A DNA stretch of 64,000 bases, taken from positions 434,001 to 498,000 of the forward strand of contig NW_026515673.1 of NCBI RefSeq assembly GCF_025526975.1, read 5' to 3'. Of the stretch, positions 36,531-48,206 are shown one piece after another. The first letter of the stretch is position 1. Each line of letters begins with the position of its first letter. This DNA is from Fimicolochytrium jonesii. Taxonomy: Eukaryota. The translations under genes and the position numbers were made by a program. Below the pieces are notes generated by a model. That model worked only from the letters and a program-made list of their open reading frames with translations, was not told the origin of the DNA and ran no database searches.

Positions 36531-37252
36531 CTATCGCCACCTGCTTCCTCGGCTTTGGTTCCTGCTCATCCGTCTGATCTCAGCGTCCACCTCCCTGTCG
36601 CTAAGCTGCTCACCACCCCATCCCCAGACACCCTTCAAGAATCCCTTGATATCCCACACCATTGACAGGAACCAAAAGATGACGTTAAATGAACTCCAAG
36701 CTAGTGTCCAGTTGAAGTTCGTGCACTGCGATAATTCTTGGTCTCCCGGCTTGCATGACATTCCCATCTGCGAGCCGAGGTAGCCAACACAGATCAACCA
36801 GAGGAAAAAGACTGTGAAGTCGATAAGGAGCTCGATGGCGAGAACTTTCAAGGAGGACCAGGATTTGACGATGGCAGAGACGAAGTATCTAAATTGCAAG
36901 GAAGAAAGGTGTTAGCAACACGCTCTGCAGCAAGTGAAAAGTCGGCGCAAACTTACTGTCCAATGAGCACGCCAGCTAGCATGGGGCTAACGACTGCCAG
37001 AAACCAAAGATACTGCACAGCCGGCCAGAGCTCCTTCTCCTTGATGAGCTCTTCATTGTGTAGTTTGCCAATGAAGAACCAGCTGGCAAATGACACAATA
37101 ATCTCAAAGAAACGGTAGGCAAAACGGGCTTGCTTTTCGATCTGAAAGTTTTTGTCGAACGATCCGGCGGTCGGTGGAGGGCCTAGACTTCGCATCTTCG
37201 TCAAGGAAATCGTCTTGAGCGACGTCAGACGCTCGCCGAGAGACTTGGGCAT
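36531..37252 (-). CDS. MARVEL-like four-TM membrane protein
   Basis: RFFEIIVSFASW, YLWFLAVVSP, IELLIDFTVFFLWLIC, Cys pair in the loop, LAWSSFNVIFW; one intron. Confidence 0.6.
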
Positions 37253-37744
37253 CGTGCGAGACGGATAATCTTTCTGGACGAAGTGCTGCTGAGCTGGACC
37301 ACTTGATGACCAGGAAGTCACAGTCAGATGCGTCCACAAAAGAAATACATCGGCGGAGATATGATAATAGTCCCATGCACGAACTTACCGACTGCACAAC
37401 AAGCGTTTGAAAACGACGAAGAAACGAGGAAATTTTGAGGAGCCCGCGGAAGTGAACACTATGGAGAGCACTGCCCCTGTGGATGCGCTTTCAGAAGATG
37501 CGATGAGATGGGACTGGCTGTTTCGCCGACCTGCGAGATGCTTCGGCAGATTACGATTGGCGAAATTCGAAATTGACGGGATCGCGGTTCGGAGTTCCTT
37601 GCTGCGCCACTCGGTATATCTGTCAGTTTCCGCCGCCATTTGGTTCCGGCAGGCGTAAACACTTCGGACATCTATTGAACAATGAACTTTTCATACGAAG
37701 ATACAAATGGAGCAGTGGGTATATCTAAAGAAAAACAATCGATC

Positions 37745-40700
37745 TCAGACGGGACTTTCCCCGAAGCTTTCGTGAAATTCAAAACCTGTCTCGCTCGGTG
37801 CTGGTGCATCGGCTGCTTCTATTGGCTGTGCGGTTCGCCTTACAGCCCTAGCCCTGTTCTTTTTCGCAGCATGCTTCAGCAACTTCTTGACGACCCCTTC
37901 CTTTTCGACGTCCACAAATCTTGGGAACATGGCATACATGGCGGACAAGACTTCATTTCGTGCTTCGTCAAAGACGCTAACGAGGGGTAGCACGCGCCGT
38001 GATTCATCCGCTACTTGCTTGGCAATGTCTTCGACGATTCGCGCGGGAAGCGATACTTGAAGGGGCGATCCGGGAGCCACAAATGTGTTGTAAAACGTCT
38101 CATAGTCACCGCGCATGGACGGAGGGATTAGGAGCCCCCCTTCTGATCCAGCGACGGGTGGAGCGTGCAGTGTGGGCTGTGACGACGAGCCAAACCCAAA
38201 TAGGGATATTTGACTGCGTTGCGTTGAGACGCTTTGCTTGCTGTTACGGTTTTTCGAGCTTGTGCGGCTGGCTTTTCCTGCGAGAAGCATGTTGGCCACT
38301 TTGCTACGGAGTGTTGGCGCGATGCTATCGCTATCCGTGAAGTCAAAAACTGGGTAGTTCTTGGCGGCTACCGAGTCTCTACTTATCGCGCCGGATTGAG
38401 TGGCTCCCAGTCGATGTTCGTCCGGAAGTGGAGCTTCCGCAACATGTGACCGCGGTTTTTCCGACACCCCTTGGGGCTGATCAGGTCTGGGACTCCTCGA
38501 TGGGGTATCATCAATAGACTGAGGCGGCGGATCAGTTGACGGCCGTCGAGAACCTGCCGTAGGTTGTCCTCCTACCGGCCCTCCCTTTTCGGCTTCCTGT
38601 GCCGCTCGGACTTCACCCATGAGTTTCCTGTACTCCTGGTAAAACAAAGGGTTCTCCGCACCAAAGTCTCGCGCTGCGAACGTTTTGAACGATTCAAAAC
38701 ATGTTTCGTCATCCAGCACTCCTTGGAATAGCGTCCAGGTAACTGTCGATGCGCCTGGTTTCCATTTCTTTGGAGGATGCCCTCCGTTCGGTTTACGTCC
38801 GCTTGGTCCTCCACTGCGTTGATTCGTTCTTCTCGACGTAGAAGAAGTGTGTGCATTCCGTTTTACGGCTGGATTGTAACCAACGGCCGCCTCATGGGTT
38901 CCGATATGGAGGCAGTTCTTCTTATCCGATGGTTGTAGTTCCGCAATGTCGCCGCTTCCGGTTGCAGCTACGGAGTCTGTACTCCCGGGGACTGTTTGCT
39001 TGGCACCTCTCAGCTGATCTAGCTTTTCTATGCTGCCTCCGTCCTCGGAGTTTGTGTCCCGCGACGGGGCACGGTACAATCTGCCGAAGAAAATCTCCAA
39101 AGATCGGCCTGGGTGGATATCATAAGAGCCCAGGAGGGGAAAGAATATCGACGTAAGATGACCGATCGCAACGCCGATGACGATCCAGTTAGAGGCGCCA
39201 AAGTAGAGTCGGAGGGTTGATTCGCCATAGTTAATTCCATCAGGAAGGAGCATCTGCTGTATTCCGTACCTGAAAATGGAATCATTGAGTAGTTGTCCAC
39301 CAGTAAACATTCTCGAGTGGTCCTCACATGATAGCGATGGTGGTTCCTCCAATGGCAAACACAATCAGATCTCTTCGTATGCCATATGTGTCATGGTCCC
39401 TCCACAACCACCAGCACAACGCGGGGCATCCAAACATGAAGAAGCCACCCATCAGCACGAGTACAGGTGTCATCTCCCAAGTTCCCATGCGGCATTTGTA
39501 ACTGACGGGATTCACGCTGAATTGCTTTGTGAATATCAGAACGACGCTGATATACAGTACGACAAAGGCAATGACGAATGCAAGGATGTACAGTAGTTTG
39601 CGAGTAGGTTCATCTTGGGATGTAGCGGTACTTTGAGTGTTCGTAAGGGCCGACGAGGCTCGATGGTGGAAGTTAGGGCCTGGAGAAGGGCCAGTGGTTG
39701 AGCCAAGGCGGCGTTTGTTGAAAAATGAGAATGTGCTGGCACCTGCGCCTGCCGTCGAGCCATTTCGCAGACCTGGTAGGCCCCCTGTCTGTGACTTCTG
39801 CAAGGCGCTGCTGCCCAAGCGTTGAGACCGCCCACCGAAATGAGCACGATGGGAAGTTGGTGACGTGATTTGACCCTCCTCCGCAGCTGCGAAGGCATCG
39901 CTGTCCATTTGGTTGAACAAAAAGCCAAAGAATGATTGTGCTCGACTTTTGCTCTGAGCGATGAATGCTCCCAATCGCGGGCGTGAAGCCGCAGTTGGAA
40001 CTCCCTCGTCCCCACTTCCACCCCGAGCGCGATTGATCCCTGGATGTGTCCCACTGGGCGGTAGGAATTGACTTCCGTTCCGACCAGCTATTGTTGCCGC
40101 GCTTGCGTTTGCGCCGGAGAAGCCGGCTGCAATCGGTTTGCCGGTTGACATTCGAGAGTTCTGTCCGCGGACAGGCATTGGTGTCGGTATATTCCCCTCA
40201 CCAAGTATTGTTGATCCACTCACTAGATTTGTGGAGCCCGCCAAGGTGTCGGCCCTCGATTCCGCAGCCGCCTTCTTTCTTGTTCCGAGGGGCTCCAGCG
40301 AGTCCTGCTCTTCCCCTTCTCTATCCTCCTCATGGGCATTTTCATCGTCCTCATCAATATCAACGGTCTTCGCTGGCGTCGCTCCGGTATATCTGCCCTC
40401 CAAATTGCGCATCCTGGCTAGCTTTTCCTGGTGCGATCGGAAAAGGTATCGTAGACGCCAGGCACGAGCGGACAGAGAAAAGACGGTGAGGGAGACGCCG
40501 AGATAGACACAAATCATGATCATGGGGCAAGGGAAGCTCATGGATTGCAGCATGAGGAATGGGAACGATATCAGAAAGTTTCCGAGAAAGCCAACCATTG
40601 TTAGCCAGACCGAACGCTGTTAGTCATTCGAAATCGAAAAACGACAAGCGGGATGTCCGTCAGCTTAATGAACTCATTTTCAACGTGAACTTTCTCAGAG

Positions 40701-41000
40701 TCCGGATACCTTGGCCAATGCAGAATCCTTCCTTGTCCTCCAAACAAACCACAACGCCGTCATCACGATGAAAGTCAAGTATAGAGCTGTCACGCCAGAG
40801 TAGACTTTTCGCACTGAGGTGATGATGCTTTTCCTCATTGCTGCATCGGCGGCAATCTCCTCCGCCGTTGGCTGATTTGTCGAAACAAGATCTCGTTGCC
40901 CCAAAATATTGGGCGGAAGGCGATCGAACTTCATTTGTGTCGGGTCCCTAGTCCACGCCGGCAGCGTGGTGGTGAGGGGCCAGAAGGCCGGCATTTCCAT
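37745..41000 (-). CDS. Seven-transmembrane receptor-RGS fusion protein (GprK/RGS1-like)
   Basis: Seven hydrophobic helices; LWRDHDTYGIRRDL; RGS motifs FQGVLDD..FESFKTFAARDFGAENPLFY and YNTFVAPGSPLQVSLP..VFDEARNEVLSAMY..FPRF. Confidence 0.88.
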
Positions 41001-41445
41001 AGAAGGCGGAGAACGGGCGATCTGGTGTTGGCGATTTTGCAAAATACGACAGCGCGAATAATGACCGTAGTACGGGTTGAGGCTTTTGAGCGGGTTTTCT
41101 ACAACTGTACTGTAGGCCGACTAGAAAAGGCTGCAGTGGCGGGAGGGAGACAAGCCGCTTGTAGCCTTGTACTGTATATCCCGCAACTTTTGTACCAAAT
41201 AACATTGCGCGTAAATGGGTACCAAGTTTCCCGCGCATGTGAAAAGGGGTGTTTTCTCACTATTGTCTCTTTACTCCGTTCTGGGACCGGGCAACCACAC
41301 ATATCGCACTGGAAGACAGTAAGACTGAGAAATCTGATATTGCGGTAATGGTGATGCTGATTGCTTAGTATGTTACAGTTGTTCGTGCAGCCTATCTAGC
41401 TATCTAAGGATGAGAAAAGACTGCGAACTGGGGTGTAGGGTATGT

Positions 41446-43801
41446 TTAGAGGGTGATCTTCGCGACCTTTGGGAGATCGCCACTGTTGGGACCTGCATAA
41501 ATCCCAAAGTCACCCTTGGGAACGACCCACTTCTGCTTCTGGGTCGACCAGTAGCTGAAGTCACGAGTTGTCAGGGTCAACGATACGGTCTTCACTTGAC
41601 CGGGCTTCAGGAACACCCGTTCAAAACCCTTGAGCTCGCGGAAAGCCTTGCCCGCCGATTTCGGCGCCTGCACGTAGAGCTGCACAACCTCGTGGCCAGC
41701 GACATGCCCGCTGTTCTTCACATCCACCTTCACCACCGCGGTGGGGCGACCGGAGTTACGGGTAACCTTGGCGGAGAGCTGGGAGTAGATGAACTTGGTG
41801 TAAGAAAGCCCGTAACCGAACGGGAACAAGGGCTTGACTTTTTTGGCTTGGTTGTAGCGGTAATCCACAAGAAGCCCTTCGGAGTAAGTGATGTTCGGAC
41901 AGGTGATACATTTGTTGGCGCTGTCGGCCGGAATATCGCCAAAGTAGGTGACATGCACGCCCCAGTCCTCAGCCTTCCTGTTGATTGTGAACGGCAGGCG
42001 GCCCGAAGGATTGACCTTTCCGAACAGAACGTCGGCGATAGCATTGCCAGACTCTTGGCCAGGCAGCAGAGCGTGGATGACGGACTTGACGTTGGGGTGG
42101 TCGATGAAGGAATCGAGCAAGATAGGCCCCGGTGCGTGGATTACGACCACCGTATTCTTGTTGACATCCGCGACAGCCTTGATAAGGGCCTCGCTGCCAT
42201 GCCAGAGGTGGAGGTCGTTGCGATCGCCCTGATTGCCCTCGACGTTAAGGTAGCCTTCTCCCGAATCAGCGAACGCGAAAACAACAGCCACATCTGCTTT
42301 CTTGGCGACCGCGACGGCCTTAGCCAGGTCGGTGTTGCTCAGGGAAGCCGCGACGGGGATCTTGAGGGCGGAAGCTTGAGTTTTGATCCCGTCGAAAGGA
42401 CCAACTAAGTACGGAAACTCTGCAGTTCCAGAACCCCAACCAAGAGCGACGGTGCCGTTGACGCCAGCGCGATCTGCGAACTGGTTGGGATCCGCGGGAG
42501 TAGCGGCATCCTCTCCGATGACGGCAATGGACTTCAGCTTCTTGGTCAAGGGCAAGGTTTCATCTTTGTTCTTGAGGAGAATGCTGGAAGCAGCGCCCAC
42601 CTCTCGGATGTGCTTCTTGTGATCCTTCTGAACATCCGGCCCTGAGATGCCGTTGAAAGAGTTAAAGTTCGTCGCGGGGAAGCCCTTGTTCTGACCGGAC
42701 TTGAGCCATGGGGCGAGAATTCGGACGGCCATGTCGTCCAAGCGAGCCTCGGGAACTTGTCCCGCCTTCACGAGTTGAGCGAGGTTCGCGCCCCACCAAC
42801 TCTCGTGTGATCCCCAAACCTTCGTTCCCGGCATCATCATGTCCGTGCCAGCAAGAGCAGGCGCTTTGTCCGTCTTGGCAGCCCACCAGTCGGACATCAC
42901 AAAGCCCTTAAAGCCGAGGTCCTTTTTAAGGACGCCATTGAGAAGACGATCGTTTTCGCAAGCGTAGGTGCCGTTCACGAGGTTGTAACTGCACATGACG
43001 GCCCCGACGCCAGCGCTGATCGCAGCCTCGTAGGCAGGGAGGTAGATCTCGCGGAAAGTGCGGTCATCGACATTGCTAGAGCTCAGCTCGCGTCCATGTT
43101 CTTGGTTGTTCAGCGCGAAGTGCTTCACGGTTGTGATGACGCCTTGCGAGGACATGCCTTCGATGAAGTTCGAAACTCCGACGGACGCGACGTAGGGATC
43201 TGCCCCATAACCTTCCCACTGCCTTCCGCCCTCGGGAACGCGAGCGATATCCTGTGATAGAAGAGCGTTTAGAGACCGCAAACGCTTAGAACGGTGATGT
43301 AGGGATCCACCAAGATGAACGTACCACACAAGCGGTGAGTCCGATATTAATTCCTTTACCCCTGAACTCTGCGCCCATTTTCTCACCCCGGGCGCGGTGA
43401 AGGGTTTTGTCAAACGCTGCCCCGTAGTTGATCCCGGCAGGAAATACGGAGACGCCCTTTGGAAAACGGATCCCAGCTGGACCATCTTGCAGACAATAGC
43501 CAGGGAAGCCGATCTTCTCGACGGGGCCGATGTTGCCGACGCATGGGTTCCCCACATCTGCACCCCATCCTACACCCGTCGTAAGGACAATCTTCTCGTC
43601 CAGGTTCAGCTTGTCCACGAGTTGCTTCGCTTTTGCGAGATACTTGTCCCAGTCGTTAGGGGAAGCTAGGGAAGGAATATATTAGAATTGCATCAAAGCT
43701 AAGGTGAGGATGCCAATCGTAGACTGCTTACCGGTAGACTGGGGCGCCGCCAGGACGGCGGCGGCCAAGAGGAGAGGGGAGACGAGGCTGGACTGGCGCA
43801 T
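41446..43801 (-). CDS. Secreted GH3 beta-glucosidase
   Basis: Signal peptide; CLQDGPAGIR, GGRQWEGYGADP, KHFALNNQE, VMCSYN, GFVMSDW nucleophile motif, ADSGEGY, FPFGYGLSYTKF, C-terminal Fn3-like domain. Confidence 0.95.
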
Positions 43802-44187
43802 TGTGGACGGAAGTTTCACAATTGTTAACGACTAACTGAGGGCACTCTCAACCCATCTGCTTTTATATTCGCTGAGGGACCAGAGTAAGATCTCCGTTGC
43901 CGTTGCATCGACTTGAGTAGTAGAGCTCCGCATCACTCGGGAAGCAAAGCGCACACAGGGCATGCTGCGATGTTCCCGCAATGTTGAATCATCTATGGTT
44001 GTGCTAAACGGGCCTCGGCTCGCTTGCTGTGTAGTACAATACAAACAAGGCGAGACGAGATAATTACAGATGAGACGATGCCTTGTCGGGAGGAGAGCTC
44101 CCCAAGCATGGCAGTGCCCATCTGCGATCCATCATTGGTCGTCGCCTTGTCCTTTGACGGCGCTAGCTTCCGAGTAACACGGTGACA

Positions 44188-44972
44188 CCCAACCAAAATG
44201 AAATATCGTCACCGGCGCTCACTGGTCTCGGTGATATTTGGCCTGAATCTTACCAAAATTTAGGGTTCGTGGCAGCTGGTACTATGGTACTACTACCTAT
44301 ATATATACCACAGAGATTCCATCGCCAACGGGGGATCTGGATAGTGGATTTGGAGATTTCCCATTCGAGGCCCACAGTGGGCACAGCGGTGACGAAAGCA
44401 TTCATGTGACCCTGAATTTTGAAATGCGAACACCTCGTGGCGGTTTTGTGGAACTCTGTATCTTGCTTCTGTAGCACGAGAAAAGTCACACGGTATCTAT
44501 CGGTACTACCAAACGCCGCTGGCACATGGGGGAAAAGCTACTGGGGCGTCCTATCCGACTCCTACTATCCAATGCAGGTTGGATAACTTTTGTGGTTGCG
44601 CCTCCACGATCCTTCAATTTATCCATGGACGAGACCGTCAATTACTGTCATTCGGGCTGTCGATGGTGATCACGTCAACAACGACTCAGCACACAAAAGG
44701 CGTACTTCCCACACCCATCAACCCACGGTCCGACCCCGTCGCGGGATCGTTTTCCAGTCGATTGTATCGGGAGGTGGATCACCCCTGTGCCCCCATGTCT
44801 CACCAAAAGGCTAGAAATCTCCAAATCCACTATCCAGATCCCCGGTTGGCGATGGAATCTTTGTGGTAGGAAAGATATATTGTCGATTTTCGGGCCAAAA
44901 TATCCGGTCCATTCAGGCCAAATGTCACCGAGACCAGTGAGCGCCGGTGACGATATTTGAGCGAGTCCAGGG
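44188..44972. mobile_element. Non-autonomous TIR element (MITE-like) with bipartite long inverted repeats
   Basis: 44201-44248 vs 44911-44958 (48 bp, 1 mismatch) and 44306-44360 vs 44814-44868 (55 bp, 2 mismatches). Possible CCC..GGG termini; no TSD seen. Confidence 0.8.
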
Positions 44973-45492
44973 ATCAAGAGATCGAGGGGCTAAATGCGGC
45001 TATAGATGTTTTCCAAATGACCATTTATCCTAAACTCCGCACCTAAATGTTTCCTGGGGGGGCAAATTCGGACTGTCAACTATCAGACAGAAGCGCCAAG
45101 TATACTACATATCTTGCAGAAATGCGCGCTACTGGGAAGGAGATGGTTTAACAGAAGCAGGATCGAATTTGGCGTGTTTTTCGACCGTCGAACTGGCCTC
45201 TCCGACTTGATGTCGCTCTTTAATGACGCAGGAACACGAAAGAAAGATAATCTGACGCTCGATGCGCGGTATGTACCATTTATTTCGAGCGCCTCCTGTA
45301 TAATGGGTCTTGAATCGGAGGGACACTCGCTCGCTTGTTCTTGCCGCTGCGAATTGGAGTAAAGGAACGATATCTTCCTCGCTTCTCTTTGGAGATGAAC
45401 GAGCTTCCGGCGGGTGGGATCTAGCGAACCCGCAGCCAAGGGAACGTGCTTGGCATAATCAGCGGGGAAAGAAGACTCTGTTGAGCTTGACT

Positions 45493-46206
45493 TTACAAAA
45501 ATGATATGGTTCCAAACCCAAGTCCAAGTCGGCGTTCGGCGAAGGGTCGTGTGATGATGAAAGAGCCAGCTGCCATCCCGAGGCAAAAAAACACAGCACT
45601 GTCCCAGCTCGAGCGAGACCGCCAACGCAAATACGCATGCCACCACCGCGCATGCCATGGGTACCACAACCCCGGCAACCCATCAATGCTTTTGCTGTTC
45701 TTCAGCCGATGATAGGGCTCCAGTGCGGATTCTCCTTTCCTAACCCAATGGTCGATAAGCGTCTCCCGCTGCTTTACAAACTGGTAGAACGGCACGGCGT
45801 AGCCACATACACTCGTCACGCGGCTCACGTCGACCACGATAGCGGCTCGCGCAGCCACCATATCCTGCAAGTGCTGTGGCAAAGACTCCTCGAAACCTGG
45901 TGTCCCGCGCAGATGCACAGTGCAACGGCCGTACAAGCGCAGGATATTTGGCGGGCCATCAACCGCGATGAACATGATGGTGATGCGTCCGTTTTCGCGG
46001 GCGTGAGAGATGGTCTCTACGCCTGACCCGGTCAGATCTACGTAGGCAACCCGTGTAGGCGACAGGACGTGGAAGCTGTCGTAGCCTTTTGGTGAGACAT
46101 TGACGGAGGCCGTGGCGCTGAGGGGGGCGGTGGCGACGAAGAACATGTGCTGGGCGGCTATGAACTTCAGATGCCCAGGTGTGAGAGCGTAGAATGTTTG
46201 GCCCAT
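45493..46206 (-). CDS. Pyridoxamine 5'-phosphate oxidase-like FMN-binding protein
   Basis: FIAAQHMFFVATAPLS..VNVSPKG..VAYVDLTGSGVETISHARENGRITIMF..GPPNILRLYG..SVCGYAVP..SIDGLPG; C-terminal TM segment. Confidence 0.9.
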   Translation of the reverse strand: MGQTFYALTPGHLKFIAAQHMFFVATAPLSATASVNVSPKGYDSFHVLSPTRVAYVDLTGSGVETISHARENGRITIMFIAVDGPPNILRLYGRCTVHLRGTPGFEESLPQHLQDMVAARAAIVVDVSRVTSVCGYAVPFYQFVKQRETLIDHWVRKGESALEPYHRLKNSKSIDGLPGLWYPWHARWWHAYLRWRSRSSWDSAVFFCLGMAAGSFIITRPFAERRLGLGFGTISFL

Positions 46207-46715
46207 TGTTGTTGTGTGGCGGGATGGCGCGAAGATGAAGGCTCGTAGATCAGCAATCGTACGAGATTGTCGAAGATTGCTCTTTCTTGCACTCTCTACC
46301 AGGAAAGCTAGTCGCTTCTTGGTGACAATACAAACGATGGCCAATGCAAGAGCTAGGTTTTGTTCCCGCCGTCGACCAACCGATTCAGGAGATGGTAACG
46401 CGGAAGTGTTTGTCACGAGAGTCACTGGGAATATTACTGTACTGTACAGTATGTATATCACGCTAAGTGACTTATGACGGATCGCACATAATTATTATCC
46501 GGGCGTCAGCTTGAGATTCGTTTTGAAGAAGGCACGGGGGAGACCGAATGGGGGCGTATTCTCCTACGTACCACCCTCCTTGGAATCCCTTGCAGTTTCC
46601 TTACAACCAATCCTCCCGTTCTCCTTACGAGCCGTAGCATCCTCCTTGAAGCGAATGGAAGGTCGGCGGTACCACTCTCCCTACCCACTATCCTTGCGCT
46701 CTCCGTGCGCTCTCC

Positions 46716-47723
46716 TTGCGCTCTCCTGAAAGCCGGGAGACATCCCCGAATTCGCTTTGTACAGACATAGAGATGATGGCATCCGCTTGTTTTCGAAAAG
46801 AGCGGTGGAAAACGCGTCCATCAAGAAAACGTAAGGAAAACGCGTCCCTCACCTTTATTGTACAGTACATGTACATATACAGTACAGTACTGTACAGTAC
46901 ATGTCTGCAATCCAGCACCGTGCGCAAAAATCTCCTTACCTGTCGACTTCCAGCATATCTGAACCACAAATACCTATTATCATTCTCCCAGGGCACTACT
47001 ATCGCGGAAGAGTGGACCGCGACCTGCTCCGCTGGGGCAACTCCCGGCCCCCGCTGTGGTGGTAGGAGAACCGGGACTACAAACCAATGCGGAGGTGAGC
47101 TCTTCGAAGCCCCGCCCATCCCTGGTCCATTCGTTCGATATTACCACCGGAATCGCTACCATTTTCTTAAGTTCCTCTTTGCAAGCGAAGAGCGTGACTT
47201 TCATCGCTGGGTGGCGGTTGCACCGATGCTCCCACGCCCAAACCAGCCCCCTGTTCAGCTTGAGACGAATCCGGCTGGTCAATTCGCCGAATCCTACCTA
47301 AACTTCGCGTGGATTTTGCGCGCGAAACTCTTTATCCCACAATCACGCCTCCCCGCGTCCGCTGCTATGGATCCCGTGGTGCATAACATCCCGCCGCTCT
47401 GCAAATTGGAGGACGCTAGTTGGCACCGCTTGTTGTGCCTGTACCGTGACTTCTGGGAGGGGAAGACGTACACCATGGTACAGGGCATTTACGACGGGGA
47501 TGTTGGGGGAAGGGGTGGGAGAGGGGGGGCCGCTGGTGGGTCTGAGGGTACATCTTCAGGCGTTCGCGGGGTGCGTTTTTCTGGCACTTCAGCTGGGAAA
47601 CCGAGCTTAACCCTGGAGACCACTCTGCCTTATTGGAGACCACTCTGCCTTATGGTCGTAATACCTGGCAACGAACCAAAGCGGTGGCAACGAACCAAAG
47701 CGGAGGCGCGCAGGTCTGATTGA
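46716..47723 (+). other. Unassigned 335-codon ORF (orphan gene or degraded element)
   Basis: Long ORF with no recognisable motif. It crosses the TACAG-rich tract and ends in two tandem duplications. Confidence 0.2.
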
Positions 47724-48206
47724 TGACAGCGCGTGTTCGGACTATGAGTATGCTGACAGCAGTCAGTGAAACAGAGGAAGAAGAGTCCCTTGGCCAGCGT
47801 CAGAAGGAAGAGAGCATGATGAGACTTGTAGAGAGGGAATTATTTCGTATTGCGCTAGCGGAGGACACGGACCGAGCTCACACGCCGAACCGTCGTCCGT
47901 CCATACCAGCGAAGTACGTCCTTCTGTCCTTTGCCTCCTTTGTGATAGGAGGAAAGCAAACTTGCGAGATGCAGCATTACAAGCATACATATTCGTACAC
48001 AGAATGAAACTTTTTCACGATTTCGGTTCATTAAGGAGCGAGTCGCGCCATGTTGTCGCTTCCCACCCGTTTTCGTATCGGTGCATAAGTACATATACAC
48101 ACCCTTCCCTTCACACACCCTTATCTCGTTCCAAAACAAGAGGGGGTGGACGGGGACGAAAAAATCCCACTCCTTCCAATTCCCATAGAGAAAGCGATTC
48201 CCTAAA

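Noticed and set aside
41410..42408. Long plus-strand ORF (also 9224-9853, 7379-8071 and 63106-63669)
   Set aside because: Antisense shadows of well-supported genes on the opposite strand.
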